NCBI GenBank assembly: GCA_046349215.1
Contig: JAXMCV010000001.1
Location: forward strand, 830,434 to 894,433
DNA: 64,000 nt
From: Beijerinckiaceae bacterium
GTDB taxonomy: Bacteria; Pseudomonadota; Alphaproteobacteria; Rhizobiales; Beijerinckiaceae
Direction: 5' to 3'
Shown here: one piece after another, positions 9,965-18,198 of the stretch
How the letters are laid out: each line of letters opens with the position of its first letter
Position numbering within the stretch: the stretch's first letter is position 1
The notes under the pieces: generated by a model
Told to the model about the DNA's origin: nothing
Seen by the model: the letters and a program-made list of their open reading frames with translations, nothing else
Database searches by the model: none
Made by a program: the position numbers and the translations under genes

Positions 9965-11167
9965 ATGCAGGTTCTGGAAGCAGCGAAGGCGCCCGATCTC
10001 GACATAGATCCCTTCTCGACCGAGTTCCTGTCCGATCCGCATCCGTTCCACGAAAGGCTGCGTGACACGGCGCCCATCGTCCACTTGCCGCGCTACGGCG
10101 TCTGGGCGATGGCGCGCCATGCGCAGGTGCATCCGGCGCTTGCGAACTGGCAGGTGTTTTCATCGGCGCGCGGCGTCGGCATCGACGATTTCGCCAAGGG
10201 CAAGCCGTGGCGTCCTTCGAGCCTGCTGCTCGAGATCGATCCGCCGCTGCACGACCGCACGCGCGGCGTGATGAACCGGGTTCTGTCGGTCGGCGCGCTG
10301 CGCAAGATGCGCGACAATTTCGCCGCCAAGGCCGAAAGGCTCGCGGACGAACTGGTGGCGCGCCGGCGCTTCGACGCCATCCACGATCTGGCGGAAGTCT
10401 ATCCGCTGCAGGTCTTTCCGGATGCGGTGGGGCTGCGGCCGGACGGGCGGGAAAACCTGCTGCCCTACGGCGGCATGGTGTTCAACTCGTTCGGGCCGCG
10501 CAACGCATTGTTCGAGCAATCGACGCGCGATTGCGCGCCGGTGCTCGACTGGATTTTCGCTCAATGCAAGCGCGAGGCGCTGGCGCCGGAGGGCTTCGGC
10601 GCATCGATCTGGGCCGCCGTCGACGCCGGCGAGATCGCGCCCGACGAGGCGGAAGTGCTGGTGCGCGCGCTGCTGACGGCCGGCCTCGATACGACGGTGA
10701 TCGGGCTCGGCACGACCATCCACGCCTTCGCCTCGCACCCCGACCAATGGGCGGCGCTGCTTGCCGATCCGGCGCTGCTGAAGCCATCGTTCGACGAGGC
10801 GATCCGCTGGGAATCGCCGGTGCAGACCTTCTTCCGCACGACGACGTGCGAGACGGAGGTCGAGGGCGTGTGGCTCGACGAAGGGTCCAAGGTCCTGCTG
10901 TTCCTCGGCGCCGCCAACCGCGACCCGCGCCAGTGGGACAGGCCGGAGACCTTCGAGATCCGACGCAAGACACTCGGCCATGTGGCGTTCGGCAACGGCA
11001 TCCATGTCTGCGTCGGCCAGATGGTCGCGCGGCTGGAAGCCGAGATGATGATCGGCGCCCTGCTGCGGCGCGTCAAACGCATCGAAATCGCCGGGCAGCC
11101 GGTGAGAAAGCTCAACAACACGCTGCGCTCGCTGGCCAGCCTGCCGGTCGAGGTCACGCCGCTGTGA
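9965..11167 (+). CDS. cytochrome P450, CYP199A-like
   Basis: ATG 2 nt after the SBP stop. Heme loop FGNGIHVCVGQ, I-helix AGLDTT, ExxR (EAIRWESP). From memory, long stretches resemble CYP199A2/A4 (KPWRPSSLLLEIDPP, YPLQVFPDAVGL, ESPVQTFFRTTT). Confidence 0.9.
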   Translation: MQVLEAAKAPDLDIDPFSTEFLSDPHPFHERLRDTAPIVHLPRYGVWAMARHAQVHPALANWQVFSSARGVGIDDFAKGKPWRPSSLLLEIDPPLHDRTRGVMNRVLSVGALRKMRDNFAAKAERLADELVARRRFDAIHDLAEVYPLQVFPDAVGLRPDGRENLLPYGGMVFNSFGPRNALFEQSTRDCAPVLDWIFAQCKREALAPEGFGASIWAAVDAGEIAPDEAEVLVRALLTAGLDTTVIGLGTTIHAFASHPDQWAALLADPALLKPSFDEAIRWESPVQTFFRTTTCETEVEGVWLDEGSKVLLFLGAANRDPRQWDRPETFEIRRKTLGHVAFGNGIHVCVGQMVARLEAEMMIGALLRRVKRIEIAGQPVRKLNNTLRSLASLPVEVTPL

Positions 11168-11233
11168 TCGGCGGCCGGGCTTGTCAGGGCCGGCGCGACT
11201 CGGGAAAATAAGCCGTTTCGGGGGGCCATTCCG

Positions 11234-11794
11234 ATGAAAGCCAGATCGTTTTTCTTTGCACTCGCGATGTTTGCGGCGGGGTCCGCGACCGCCGCGCCGG
11301 ACGGGAGTTCCGGGCCGGCGTGGGGGGATTTCCTCACCGGCTTCCGGCAAGCGGCGATCCCGAAGCAGACCGTCCAGTGGAAGCACGGCGGCAGGCCCGG
11401 CGACATCGTCATCGCAACCTCGGTGCGCCGGCTCTACTACGTCAACGGCGACGGCACGGCGATCGAATACGGCGTCGGCGTCGGCCGTCAGGGGTTCACC
11501 TGGTCGGGCGTGAAGATCATCTCGCAGAAGCGCGAATGGCCGGACTGGACGCCGCCGCCGCAGATGCTGAAGCGCCGCCCGGACCTGCCGCGCCACATGA
11601 AGGGCGGTCCCGACAATCCGCTCGGCGCGCGCGCCATGTATCTCGGATCCTCGCTCTACCGCATCCACGGGTCGAACGAACCGGATACGATCGGGCAGGC
11701 GGTGTCGTCCGGCTGCATCCGCATGACCAACGAGGACGTGGTCGACCTCTACAACCGCGTCCGCGTCGGAACGAAGGTGACTGTGGTGAGGTGA
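11234..11794 (+). CDS. L,D-transpeptidase (YkuD domain), secreted
   Basis: Signal peptide MKARSFFFALAMFAAGSATA. Catalytic motif HGSNEPDTIGQAVSSGCIRM. Confidence 0.9.
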   Translation: MKARSFFFALAMFAAGSATAAPDGSSGPAWGDFLTGFRQAAIPKQTVQWKHGGRPGDIVIATSVRRLYYVNGDGTAIEYGVGVGRQGFTWSGVKIISQKREWPDWTPPPQMLKRRPDLPRHMKGGPDNPLGARAMYLGSSLYRIHGSNEPDTIGQAVSSGCIRMTNEDVVDLYNRVRVGTKVTVVR

Positions 11795-11838
11795 AGGCTC
11801 ACGCCTTCACTTGCGTCAGCGCATGAGGGCTTACGCCC

Positions 11839-12771
11839 TCAATGCATCCCCATCAGCGTCATCACATGCGCGGCCGTCGACCGGGCAAGTCCCTCGAGGT
11901 CGTAGCCGCCTTCCAGAAGGCTGACGACGCGGCCGTTCGCCTTGCGGTCGGCGATTTCCATCAGCTTGCGCGTCGCCCAGGCGAAATCCGCCTCGACGAG
12001 CCGCAGGTTGGCGAGCGGATCGAGACGGTGCGCGTCGAAGCCGGCCGAGATGATGACGAGGTCGGGCGAGAATTCCTCGATGCGCGGCAGGATCATGTAG
12101 TCCATCGCCTCGCGGAAGTTCTCACCGTTGGCGCCCGCCGCCAGCGGCGCGTTGACGATGTTGTCGTGCTCGCCGCGCTCGCTCATCGCGCCGGTGCCGG
12201 GATAGAGCGGCATCTCGTGCGTCGAGCAATACATGACGGTCGGATCGGACCAGAAGATGTCCTGCGTGCCGTTGCCGTGGTGGACGTCGAAATCCATGAT
12301 CGCCACGCGTTCGGCGCCGTGAACCTTCTGGGCGTGGCGGGCCGCGACCGCCGCATTGTTGAAGAAGCAGAAGCCCATCGGCGTCGCCCGCTCGGCGTGA
12401 TGGCCCGGCGGACGCATGGCGACAAAAGCGTTGGCGACGATCTTCTGCATCACCTCGTCGACCGCCAGCGTCGCGCCGCCGACCGCCCGCATGGCGGCTT
12501 CCAGCGTCGCTGGCATCATCGCCGTATCGCCGTCGAGCTGGACGATGCCCTCCTTGGGAGCGGCGCGTTCGAGCGCGGCCACATAGGCTTCGGGATGCGC
12601 CCTGAGAATGGCTTCGCGGTCCCCGAGCGGCGCCTGCTCCCGCAGGAGCGCCTGGAAACGCTCGTTCTCGAGGATGCGTTCGATGGCCCGAATCCGGTCC
12701 GGCCTTTCGGGATGTTCAGGCCCCATGTCGTGGGCGAGCGACGAACGATGCGATACGAACAGGGTGCTCAA
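11839..12771 (-). CDS. histone deacetylase-family (acetoin utilisation/deacetylase-like) amidohydrolase
   Basis: HDAC motifs RPPGHHA, DFDVHHGNGTQ, SAGFDAH, EGGY. ORF 11839..12990 trimmed to a TTG at 12771 (LSTLFVSH..) preceded by GAAAGG, giving about 310 aa as in homologs. The start is uncertain. Confidence 0.85.
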   Translation of the reverse strand: MSTLFVSHRSSLAHDMGPEHPERPDRIRAIERILENERFQALLREQAPLGDREAILRAHPEAYVAALERAAPKEGIVQLDGDTAMMPATLEAAMRAVGGATLAVDEVMQKIVANAFVAMRPPGHHAERATPMGFCFFNNAAVAARHAQKVHGAERVAIMDFDVHHGNGTQDIFWSDPTVMYCSTHEMPLYPGTGAMSERGEHDNIVNAPLAAGANGENFREAMDYMILPRIEEFSPDLVIISAGFDAHRLDPLANLRLVEADFAWATRKLMEIADRKANGRVVSLLEGGYDLEGLARSTAAHVMTLMGMH

Positions 12772-12914
12772 CGGATGCCTTTCGTGCCCGGCCTCTGGGC
12801 AGGCCGGCCCCAAGCTATTGATCTGGCGTCCAGTGTCGGACCGCCCGCGTCGGCTGTCCACCCCGACAAGTGTCGCATAAAGGCCACAGCTGGACAGGAA
12901 CGTGCAGGGGTACG

Positions 12915-12926
12915 TTCGAATTCGAA
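12915..12926. promoter_or_regulatory. perfect 12-bp palindrome TTCGAATTCGAA, overlapping a second inverted repeat CGAAA-gaa-TTTCG, in the divergent HDAC/L,D-transpeptidase intergenic region
   Basis: Read directly at 12912..12936 (ACGTTCGAATTCGAAAGAATTTCGT), in a locally AT-rich 255-bp divergent promoter region. Confidence 0.35.
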
Positions 12927-13026
12927 AGAATTTCGTAACGGAATCCCAAGATATGGTAAGCAAATCGATAACGGCCTTGATCCGGCGCAATCAAGGCTAA
13001 CGCATGGCATGGTCGGGACTGGACGA

Positions 13027-13632
13027 ATGAGATCTGCTTTTCTTGCATTGGCGGCGACGCTTTTTCTCGCCGGCTGTAACGCCAATTACGCGCGGGTTCC
13101 GGACCCCAAGCTGTCGCAGCGCGACGCGGACATGGTCGCCATGGTCCCCCGCTACGAGGTCGATTCGAACTTCCAGCGCTACCAGGTCGACGATCCGACG
13201 GGTCAGCCCGCCGGCACGATCGTCGTCGATACCCGCACCAAGCACCTCTACTATGTGCTCCCCGGCAAGAAGGCGATCCGCTACGGCGTCGCCACCGGCG
13301 CCGAGGCGTTCGGCTGGAAGGGCGAGGCCAAGGTTGGCCGCATGGCCGAATGGCCGCGCTGGATGCCGCCGTCCGACATGATCGCGCGCTGGCCGCACCT
13401 GTCGCCGGTCGTCGCCGCCGGCGGCCTTCCCGGCGGCCCGGACAACCCGCTCGGCGCCCGCGCGCTGTACCTGTTCCAGGGCAACAAGGACACTTTGTAC
13501 CGCATCCACGGCACCAACGAGGAAGACAAGATCGGCCAGTCCGTGTCGTCCGGTTGCATCCGCATGCGCGACATCGACGTGATCGACCTCTACAGCCGCG
13601 CGAAGATCGGCACGAAGGTCGTGGTTCTCTGA
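13027..13632 (+). CDS. L,D-transpeptidase lipoprotein (YkuD domain), paralog of 11234..11794
   Basis: Only the last 202 codons of ORF 11842..13632 look real. ATG 13027, lipobox LFLAGC, catalytic HGTNEEDKIGQSVSSGCIRM. Confidence 0.9.
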   Translation: MRSAFLALAATLFLAGCNANYARVPDPKLSQRDADMVAMVPRYEVDSNFQRYQVDDPTGQPAGTIVVDTRTKHLYYVLPGKKAIRYGVATGAEAFGWKGEAKVGRMAEWPRWMPPSDMIARWPHLSPVVAAGGLPGGPDNPLGARALYLFQGNKDTLYRIHGTNEEDKIGQSVSSGCIRMRDIDVIDLYSRAKIGTKVVVL

Positions 13633-13654
13633 TCCAACGGTCTTTCGGGAATTG

Positions 13655-13680
13655 AAGGGCGCGGCTTCGGCCGCGCCTTT
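13655..13680. terminator. GC hairpin GGCGCGGC-ttcg-GCCGCGCC with flanking A/T runs (first of two tandem copies)
   Basis: 8-bp perfect stem with a UUCG-type loop, followed by TTTCTTGTTT. Lies between convergent genes. Confidence 0.6.
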
Positions 13681-13693
13681 CTTGTTTGAAGAC

Positions 13694-13722
13694 GGCGCGG
13701 CTTCGGCCGCGCCTTTTCTTTT
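13694..13722. terminator. second copy of the same hairpin followed by TTTTCTTTT
   Basis: Identical 20-nt hairpin 36 nt downstream of the first, with a T-tract at 13714..13722. Confidence 0.65.
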
Positions 13723-13726
13723 AGCC

Positions 13727-14641
13727 TCACGCCGTGGCGGGCGACGGGCCGGAGATCACCAGTTCGACGACTTCCGGCGGGCGCATGAAGCGCACCGGCA
13801 CGATCGACGTGCCAAGGCCCGCCGAGACGACGATGTGGCGGTCGCCGTGGATGGAATGGCCGTACACCAGGTCCGGCCCGAACCGCTCGTTGCCGATGAC
13901 CGGCCCGAGGAACGGGAAATTGACCTGCCCGCCGTGCGTATGGCCGCACAGCGTGACCGCCACGCGATCCGGCACGCGATGGAAGACATAGGGTTCGTGC
14001 GCCAGCAGGATGACCGGCGCGTCGTCGGTCACCTGGGACAATGTCGCCGAAAGATCGTCCACGCCCCTGAACTTGCGTCGCCCGATGAGATGGGCGAGTT
14101 GGTCGCCGAGACCGGCGAGCCAGAACGGCTTGCCGTTCTTCTCGAGGCGAATGGCCTGGTTTTCGAGAACGCTGGCGTCCATGTGCCGGAGCGCCCGCCG
14201 GACGGAATCCGCGCCATCGCCCCGCATGGTCGGCAGCGCGCCGTGCCACCAGTCGTGATTGCCGAGGATCGAATGGATTCCGAGCGGGGCGCGCAGAACG
14301 GACAGGGCCTCGCCCCATTCCTGCGGCTCGACCGGACCGGTGGCGAAGCGATGTCCGCCGTTGAAATCGCCGAGCAGGAAGGTGATGTCGGGATTGAGCG
14401 CGTTCGCCACTTCGGCGATGCGGCGGACCCGCGAGGCCGGCATGAACGGCTCGCAGGCGTGGATATCGGCGATGATGGCTACCCGCAGCGTCAGGTCCGA
14501 CGGCCAGGTGCGGGGCTGGATCGCATAGCGCGTGACGTCCAGCATGTAGCCCGGCTCGACGGCGACCGCATAGCCGGCGAAGGCCGTCGATCCGAGGATC
14601 AGGCCTCCCGCGCCCTGCAGCAAACGTCTTCGCGTAATCAT
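13727..14641 (-). CDS. Tat-exported metallophosphoesterase
   Basis: Twin-arginine signal MITRRRLLQGAGGLILGSTAFA. Metallophosphoesterase motifs DIHA, GDFNGG, GNHD, GHTHGG. Confidence 0.85.
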   Translation of the reverse strand: MITRRRLLQGAGGLILGSTAFAGYAVAVEPGYMLDVTRYAIQPRTWPSDLTLRVAIIADIHACEPFMPASRVRRIAEVANALNPDITFLLGDFNGGHRFATGPVEPQEWGEALSVLRAPLGIHSILGNHDWWHGALPTMRGDGADSVRRALRHMDASVLENQAIRLEKNGKPFWLAGLGDQLAHLIGRRKFRGVDDLSATLSQVTDDAPVILLAHEPYVFHRVPDRVAVTLCGHTHGGQVNFPFLGPVIGNERFGPDLVYGHSIHGDRHIVVSAGLGTSIVPVRFMRPPEVVELVISGPSPATA

Positions 14642-14684
14642 TGCATTCCCCGCGCCGACCGGCGCAGGCGGCCGCCGGCGTCGA

Positions 14685-14888
14685 TCAGGCAGCTACCTGA
14701 TGCACATGAACAATGGCGTCATTTCGGCCGGACAGGGGCGAAGCCTCCGGCTCGATGTCCGAGAGTCGCACGCCGAGCTCCTCGGCCACGGCCGCCAGTC
14801 CGATTTCCCGACAGATGCAGGCCCGGACTTCCGGGGCGTCGGGACGGTGGGACACGGCCTGGAGGAGGATTTTCTGCAACTCGAACAT
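14685..14888 (-). CDS. hypothetical small protein (67 aa)
   Basis: ATG start and high GC3. No family recognised. Confidence 0.35.
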   Translation of the reverse strand: MFELQKILLQAVSHRPDAPEVRACICREIGLAAVAEELGVRLSDIEPEASPLSGRNDAIVHVHQVAA

Positions 14889-15046
14889 GGGCGTACTCGA
14901 CTACAGGGCGCCGTCCGGGAAGCGGGACGGCTGGAGAAGGCCAGTTTTCGCAGGGTCGGGTTAAGGACGGTTTAAGCTTAAGGAATGGTGGCCGCGGCGC
15001 CTGCAATCGCCCGTGACCGAAAGCCCGGCCCGCGCTAGATGGGCGC

Positions 15047-15367
15047 ATGGAGGAAAGAGCAGGCACGCCCGACATCGCGACGCTGGAGGCGCGCATGGAC
15101 GCCCTGCGCGACGAGATCGAGACCTGCCGCAAGGCGATCCTCATCTCGCGCGCGGCCATCGCGGCCGGCGCCGCATGGATTGTCCTCGCCGCCTTCGGCT
15201 TCGTCGGCTCGACCGCGGGATTGCTGCTGTCGATCGCCGCCTGCCTCGGCGGGTTTGTCGGCCTCGGGTCCAATGGAACCTCCCAGCGGCAGGCGCGCGC
15301 CGAACTGGCGCAGCTGAAGTCGGAGCGCGACGCGCTGATCGACAGTTTCGAGATGCGGCGGCTCTGA
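15047..15367 (+). CDS. hypothetical membrane protein (coiled-coil flanks, two central TM helices)
   Basis: ATG start and high GC3. Hydrophobic core AAIAAGAAWIVLAAFGFVGSTAGLLLSIAACLGGFVGL. Confidence 0.5.
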   Translation: MEERAGTPDIATLEARMDALRDEIETCRKAILISRAAIAAGAAWIVLAAFGFVGSTAGLLLSIAACLGGFVGLGSNGTSQRQARAELAQLKSERDALIDSFEMRRL

Positions 15368-15373
15368 ATGTCG

Positions 15374-15754
15374 CTAGAGCGACGTGCCGGGCGGCGCGCT
15401 GCGCAGGCGCCAGGCCCGCAGCTTGTTGGCGGCCCTCGCGCCGAATTCCTCGGTCATCGCCACCGGCGTACAGTCCTGCAGCATGCGCAGCGCGGAGGCG
15501 ACGAAGGCGCGCTGCGTCCGCTCGTCGCCGACGAGCTTCGAATGGGAAATACGCGGCTTGCCGACCAGCGCGCCATTGCGGTCGAGCATGAAGGCGAGCG
15601 TGATCTCGGATCCCGCGCTACCGGCGGGCGGATGGAAGCAACTCGAAAGGCGGGCGTCCAGTTCGGCGCCGGTGGCTACAGGCCTTCGGCTGTCCTCGGC
15701 GGCGCAGACGGATGCGGCGCAAACCACGACGGCAATCGTCGAGGCGAGGCGCAT
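15374..15754 (-). CDS. secreted hypothetical protein (weak TolA/TonB C-terminal-like pattern)
   Basis: Signal peptide MRLASTIAVVVCAASVCAAE and high GC3. The functional call is tentative. Confidence 0.5.
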   Translation of the reverse strand: MRLASTIAVVVCAASVCAAEDSRRPVATGAELDARLSSCFHPPAGSAGSEITLAFMLDRNGALVGKPRISHSKLVGDERTQRAFVASALRMLQDCTPVAMTEEFGARAANKLRAWRLRSAPPGTSL

Positions 15755-15789
15755 CGGCTATTTCCCGCCGGCGCTCGACATGGCGAGGG

Positions 15790-16629
15790 CTATTCCTTGG
15801 TGATGTCGGGCGCGGTCGGGTTCTTCATGCCGACCACGTGATAGCCGGCGTCGACATGCAGGATTTCGCCGGTCACGCCGCGCGACATAGGCGACAGGAG
15901 ATAGACGGCGCTCTCGCCGACTTCCTCGATCGTCACGGTGCGGCGCATCGGCGCGTTATACTCGTTCCACTTCAGGATATAGCGGAAGTCGCCGATGCCG
16001 GAGGCGGCCAGCGTCTTGATCGGGCCGGCGGAAATGGCGTTGACGCGGATGTTCTGTTCGCCGAGGTCGGCCGCCAGATAACGCACGCTCGCTTCGAGCG
16101 CGGCCTTGGCGACGCCCATCACGTTGTAGTGCGGCATCCACTTCTCCGCGCCGTAATAGGTCAGCGTCAGCATGGAGCCGCCCTCGTTCATCAGCTTCTC
16201 GGCGCGCTGCGCGACAGCGGTGAACGAGTAGCAGGAGATGAACAGCGACGTGTTGAAGTTCTTGGCGGTCGTCTCGATGTAGCGGCCGGTCAACTCGTCC
16301 TTGTCGGCGAAGGCGATGCAATGCACGACGAAGTCGAGCTTGCCCCACAGCTTCTTCACCTCGGCGAAGACGGCGTCGAGGCTCGCCTCGTCGGTCACGT
16401 CGCACTGGCCGACCACGTGGCCGCCGAGTTCGCTCGCCAAAGGCCGCACGCGCTTCTCGAGCGCCTCGCCCTGGTACGTGAACGCCAGTTCGGCGCCGGC
16501 CTCGGCCGTAGCCTTGGCGATGCCCCAGGCGATCGACCTGTTGTTGGCCAAACCCATGATCAGGCCGCGCTTTCCCGCGAGCACGCCCGAGATGGCGGGC
16601 GTTTTCGGGCCAGATTGCGATTGCGTCAT
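15790..16629 (-). CDS. fabI: enoyl-[acyl-carrier-protein] reductase (NADH)
   Basis: GLIMGLANNRSIAWGIAK, YYGAEKWMPHYNVMGVAKAALEA, and SAGPIKTLAASGI. Confidence 0.95.
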   Translation of the reverse strand: MTQSQSGPKTPAISGVLAGKRGLIMGLANNRSIAWGIAKATAEAGAELAFTYQGEALEKRVRPLASELGGHVVGQCDVTDEASLDAVFAEVKKLWGKLDFVVHCIAFADKDELTGRYIETTAKNFNTSLFISCYSFTAVAQRAEKLMNEGGSMLTLTYYGAEKWMPHYNVMGVAKAALEASVRYLAADLGEQNIRVNAISAGPIKTLAASGIGDFRYILKWNEYNAPMRRTVTIEEVGESAVYLLSPMSRGVTGEILHVDAGYHVVGMKNPTAPDITKE

Positions 16630-16860
16630 GGGAGTCCGGGTTCAGTCCTGGCGAAAAGCGCTGCCTGCCGCCGTTTAAGGGCAGACGGCCGCAAGCGCAA
16701 GGCCTGCGCTCCGCGGCCTGTTGTCCGCTCCGGCCGCGTCACAGTTTGGACACGCCGGCAAGCGCTAAATTTGCACGCGGAGACCTGTTCGGACTCGCAC
16801 CGGACAAGGGCGCGTCCTATCATTAACTCCATGCCGCGACAGGGCGGCGGATGATCGGCC

Positions 16861-17355
16861 ATGAACGGGGATACGGGACAGACGCAGCGCGACGACCATG
16901 CGCGCGAGGGCGACCTGCGCCGCTTTGCGCGCGCCCTGCTCGGCGCGACAGCGCCGAAGACCGCCGATGCGCTCGCTCATGACGCCGTGGCGCGCCTCTC
17001 GGGCGCGGAGCAGAACGCCGAGGATGTAGCCGAGCGCGCCTTCGCCGAACTCGTGCGCCTCAATCGCCGGCGCCTCAAGAGCCACGCGGCGCCGGCGGAC
17101 GCCGCACGCGAACGGCCCGCCACCGAATACGACCGCCGGGAGGGGTTGCCGGCGCTGATCGCTTCCATGCCGCTCGACGAGCGCGAAACGCTCCTCATCG
17201 TCACCCTCGCCGGCTTCAGCTATGAAGCCGCCGGCCGCATTCTCGACCTGCCTTACAGCACCGTCATGTCCCGACTCATGCGGGCGCGCGCCCGGCTCGA
17301 CGCGGCGCGCGCCGCGCCGACCCCGCGCATCGGCCACCTTCGCCTCGTGAAATGA
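16861..17355 (+). CDS. ECF-type RNA polymerase sigma factor
   Basis: Region-4 HTH (LPLDERETLLIVTLAGFSYEAAGRILDLPYSTVMSRLMRARARL). The region-2-like segment is short and diverged. Confidence 0.7.
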   Translation: MNGDTGQTQRDDHAREGDLRRFARALLGATAPKTADALAHDAVARLSGAEQNAEDVAERAFAELVRLNRRRLKSHAAPADAARERPATEYDRREGLPALIASMPLDERETLLIVTLAGFSYEAAGRILDLPYSTVMSRLMRARARLDAARAAPTPRIGHLRLVK

Positions 17356-17368
17356 CCGGGGCGCGCGG

Positions 17369-18196
17369 ATGAAAGCGCAAGACAGGGTCAGCGACGCCGA
17401 GCTTCACGCCTTCGTCGACGGCCAGCTCGCCGACCAGCGGGCGCGCGAGGTCGCGGCGTGGCTCGGGGAACATGCGACGGAAGCCCAGCGGGTGGGCGGA
17501 TGGCGCGCCCAGAACGACGCGATCCGGCGCGCCTTTCCGCCCCTGCCGCGCGAGCGGATCGCCGCGCCCCTGCGCGAGGCGCCGCAACCCGCCCCTGCGG
17601 CCGGTCGCGGCGCTCCCAGTCTTGTGGACTACAGGACGCGGCTTCGTCGGCGGCGCGCCATCGCCCTCTCCGTCGCTTTTGCGTTCGGCGCGCTGGCGAC
17701 GATCGTCCTCGGCGCCATGGCGCAGAAACTCGCGTTTCCGCCCACGCCGGAACCGGCGCGTGTCGAGATCGTCCACGCTGGCCACGGCATCGGGACGCTG
17801 GCGGCCTCTTCGTGGCGCGCCTATGCGCAGGACCGCGCGCATCCCGTGGAGGTTTCAGCGCGCGACCGGGCCGCCCTGTCGGCATGGATCGCCGAGCGAA
17901 CGGGTCTCGCGCCGCTTCCCGAGACGCCCGGCCTGCGGCTGGTCGGCGGACGGGTCGTGCCCGGCCACGCGGCGCCCGCCGCCTTCCTTCTCTACGAGAC
18001 CGGCGAAGGCGAGCGCATCGTCCTCGTCGCCGAGGCGGCCGGCGCCGAGCCGCTGGGGCCGGCGCCCGAGGCGGGCGCAGGGGTCGCCGCGCTCGTCTGG
18101 AAATCCGGGGGATTCGTTTTCGGCCTCGCCGGCTCGATCTCCCGCGCCCGCATGGAATCGCTCGCCGCCGGATTCGGCGAACGCCGCCGACCCTGA
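17369..18196 (+). CDS. anti-sigma factor (single-pass membrane)
   Basis: Starts 13 nt after the sigma gene. N-terminal anti-sigma motif DAELHAFVDGQLADQRAREVAAWL and a central TM helix (AIALSVAFAFGALATIVLGAMA). Confidence 0.7.
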   Translation: MKAQDRVSDAELHAFVDGQLADQRAREVAAWLGEHATEAQRVGGWRAQNDAIRRAFPPLPRERIAAPLREAPQPAPAAGRGAPSLVDYRTRLRRRRAIALSVAFAFGALATIVLGAMAQKLAFPPTPEPARVEIVHAGHGIGTLAASSWRAYAQDRAHPVEVSARDRAALSAWIAERTGLAPLPETPGLRLVGGRVVPGHAAPAAFLLYETGEGERIVLVAEAAGAEPLGPAPEAGAGVAALVWKSGGFVFGLAGSISRARMESLAAGFGERRRP

Positions 18197-18198
18197 GA

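Noticed and set aside
12915-12926. GTTCGAATTC-type sequence checked as a possible tRNA T-arm or attachment site. I also scanned the whole window for tRNA/rRNA genes, CRISPR arrays, IS elements and integrases.
   Set aside because: There is no cloverleaf context around it. I found no tRNA-like, rRNA-like, regularly spaced repeat-spacer, transposase or integrase signatures anywhere in the window.
16861-17355. Considered flagging the ECF sigma factor as lacking region 2.
   Set aside because: On closer reading, diverged equivalents of regions 2.2-2.4 (ADALAHDAVARL, FAELVRLNRRR) are plausibly present. The protein is short but within the ECF range, so there is no solid anomaly.
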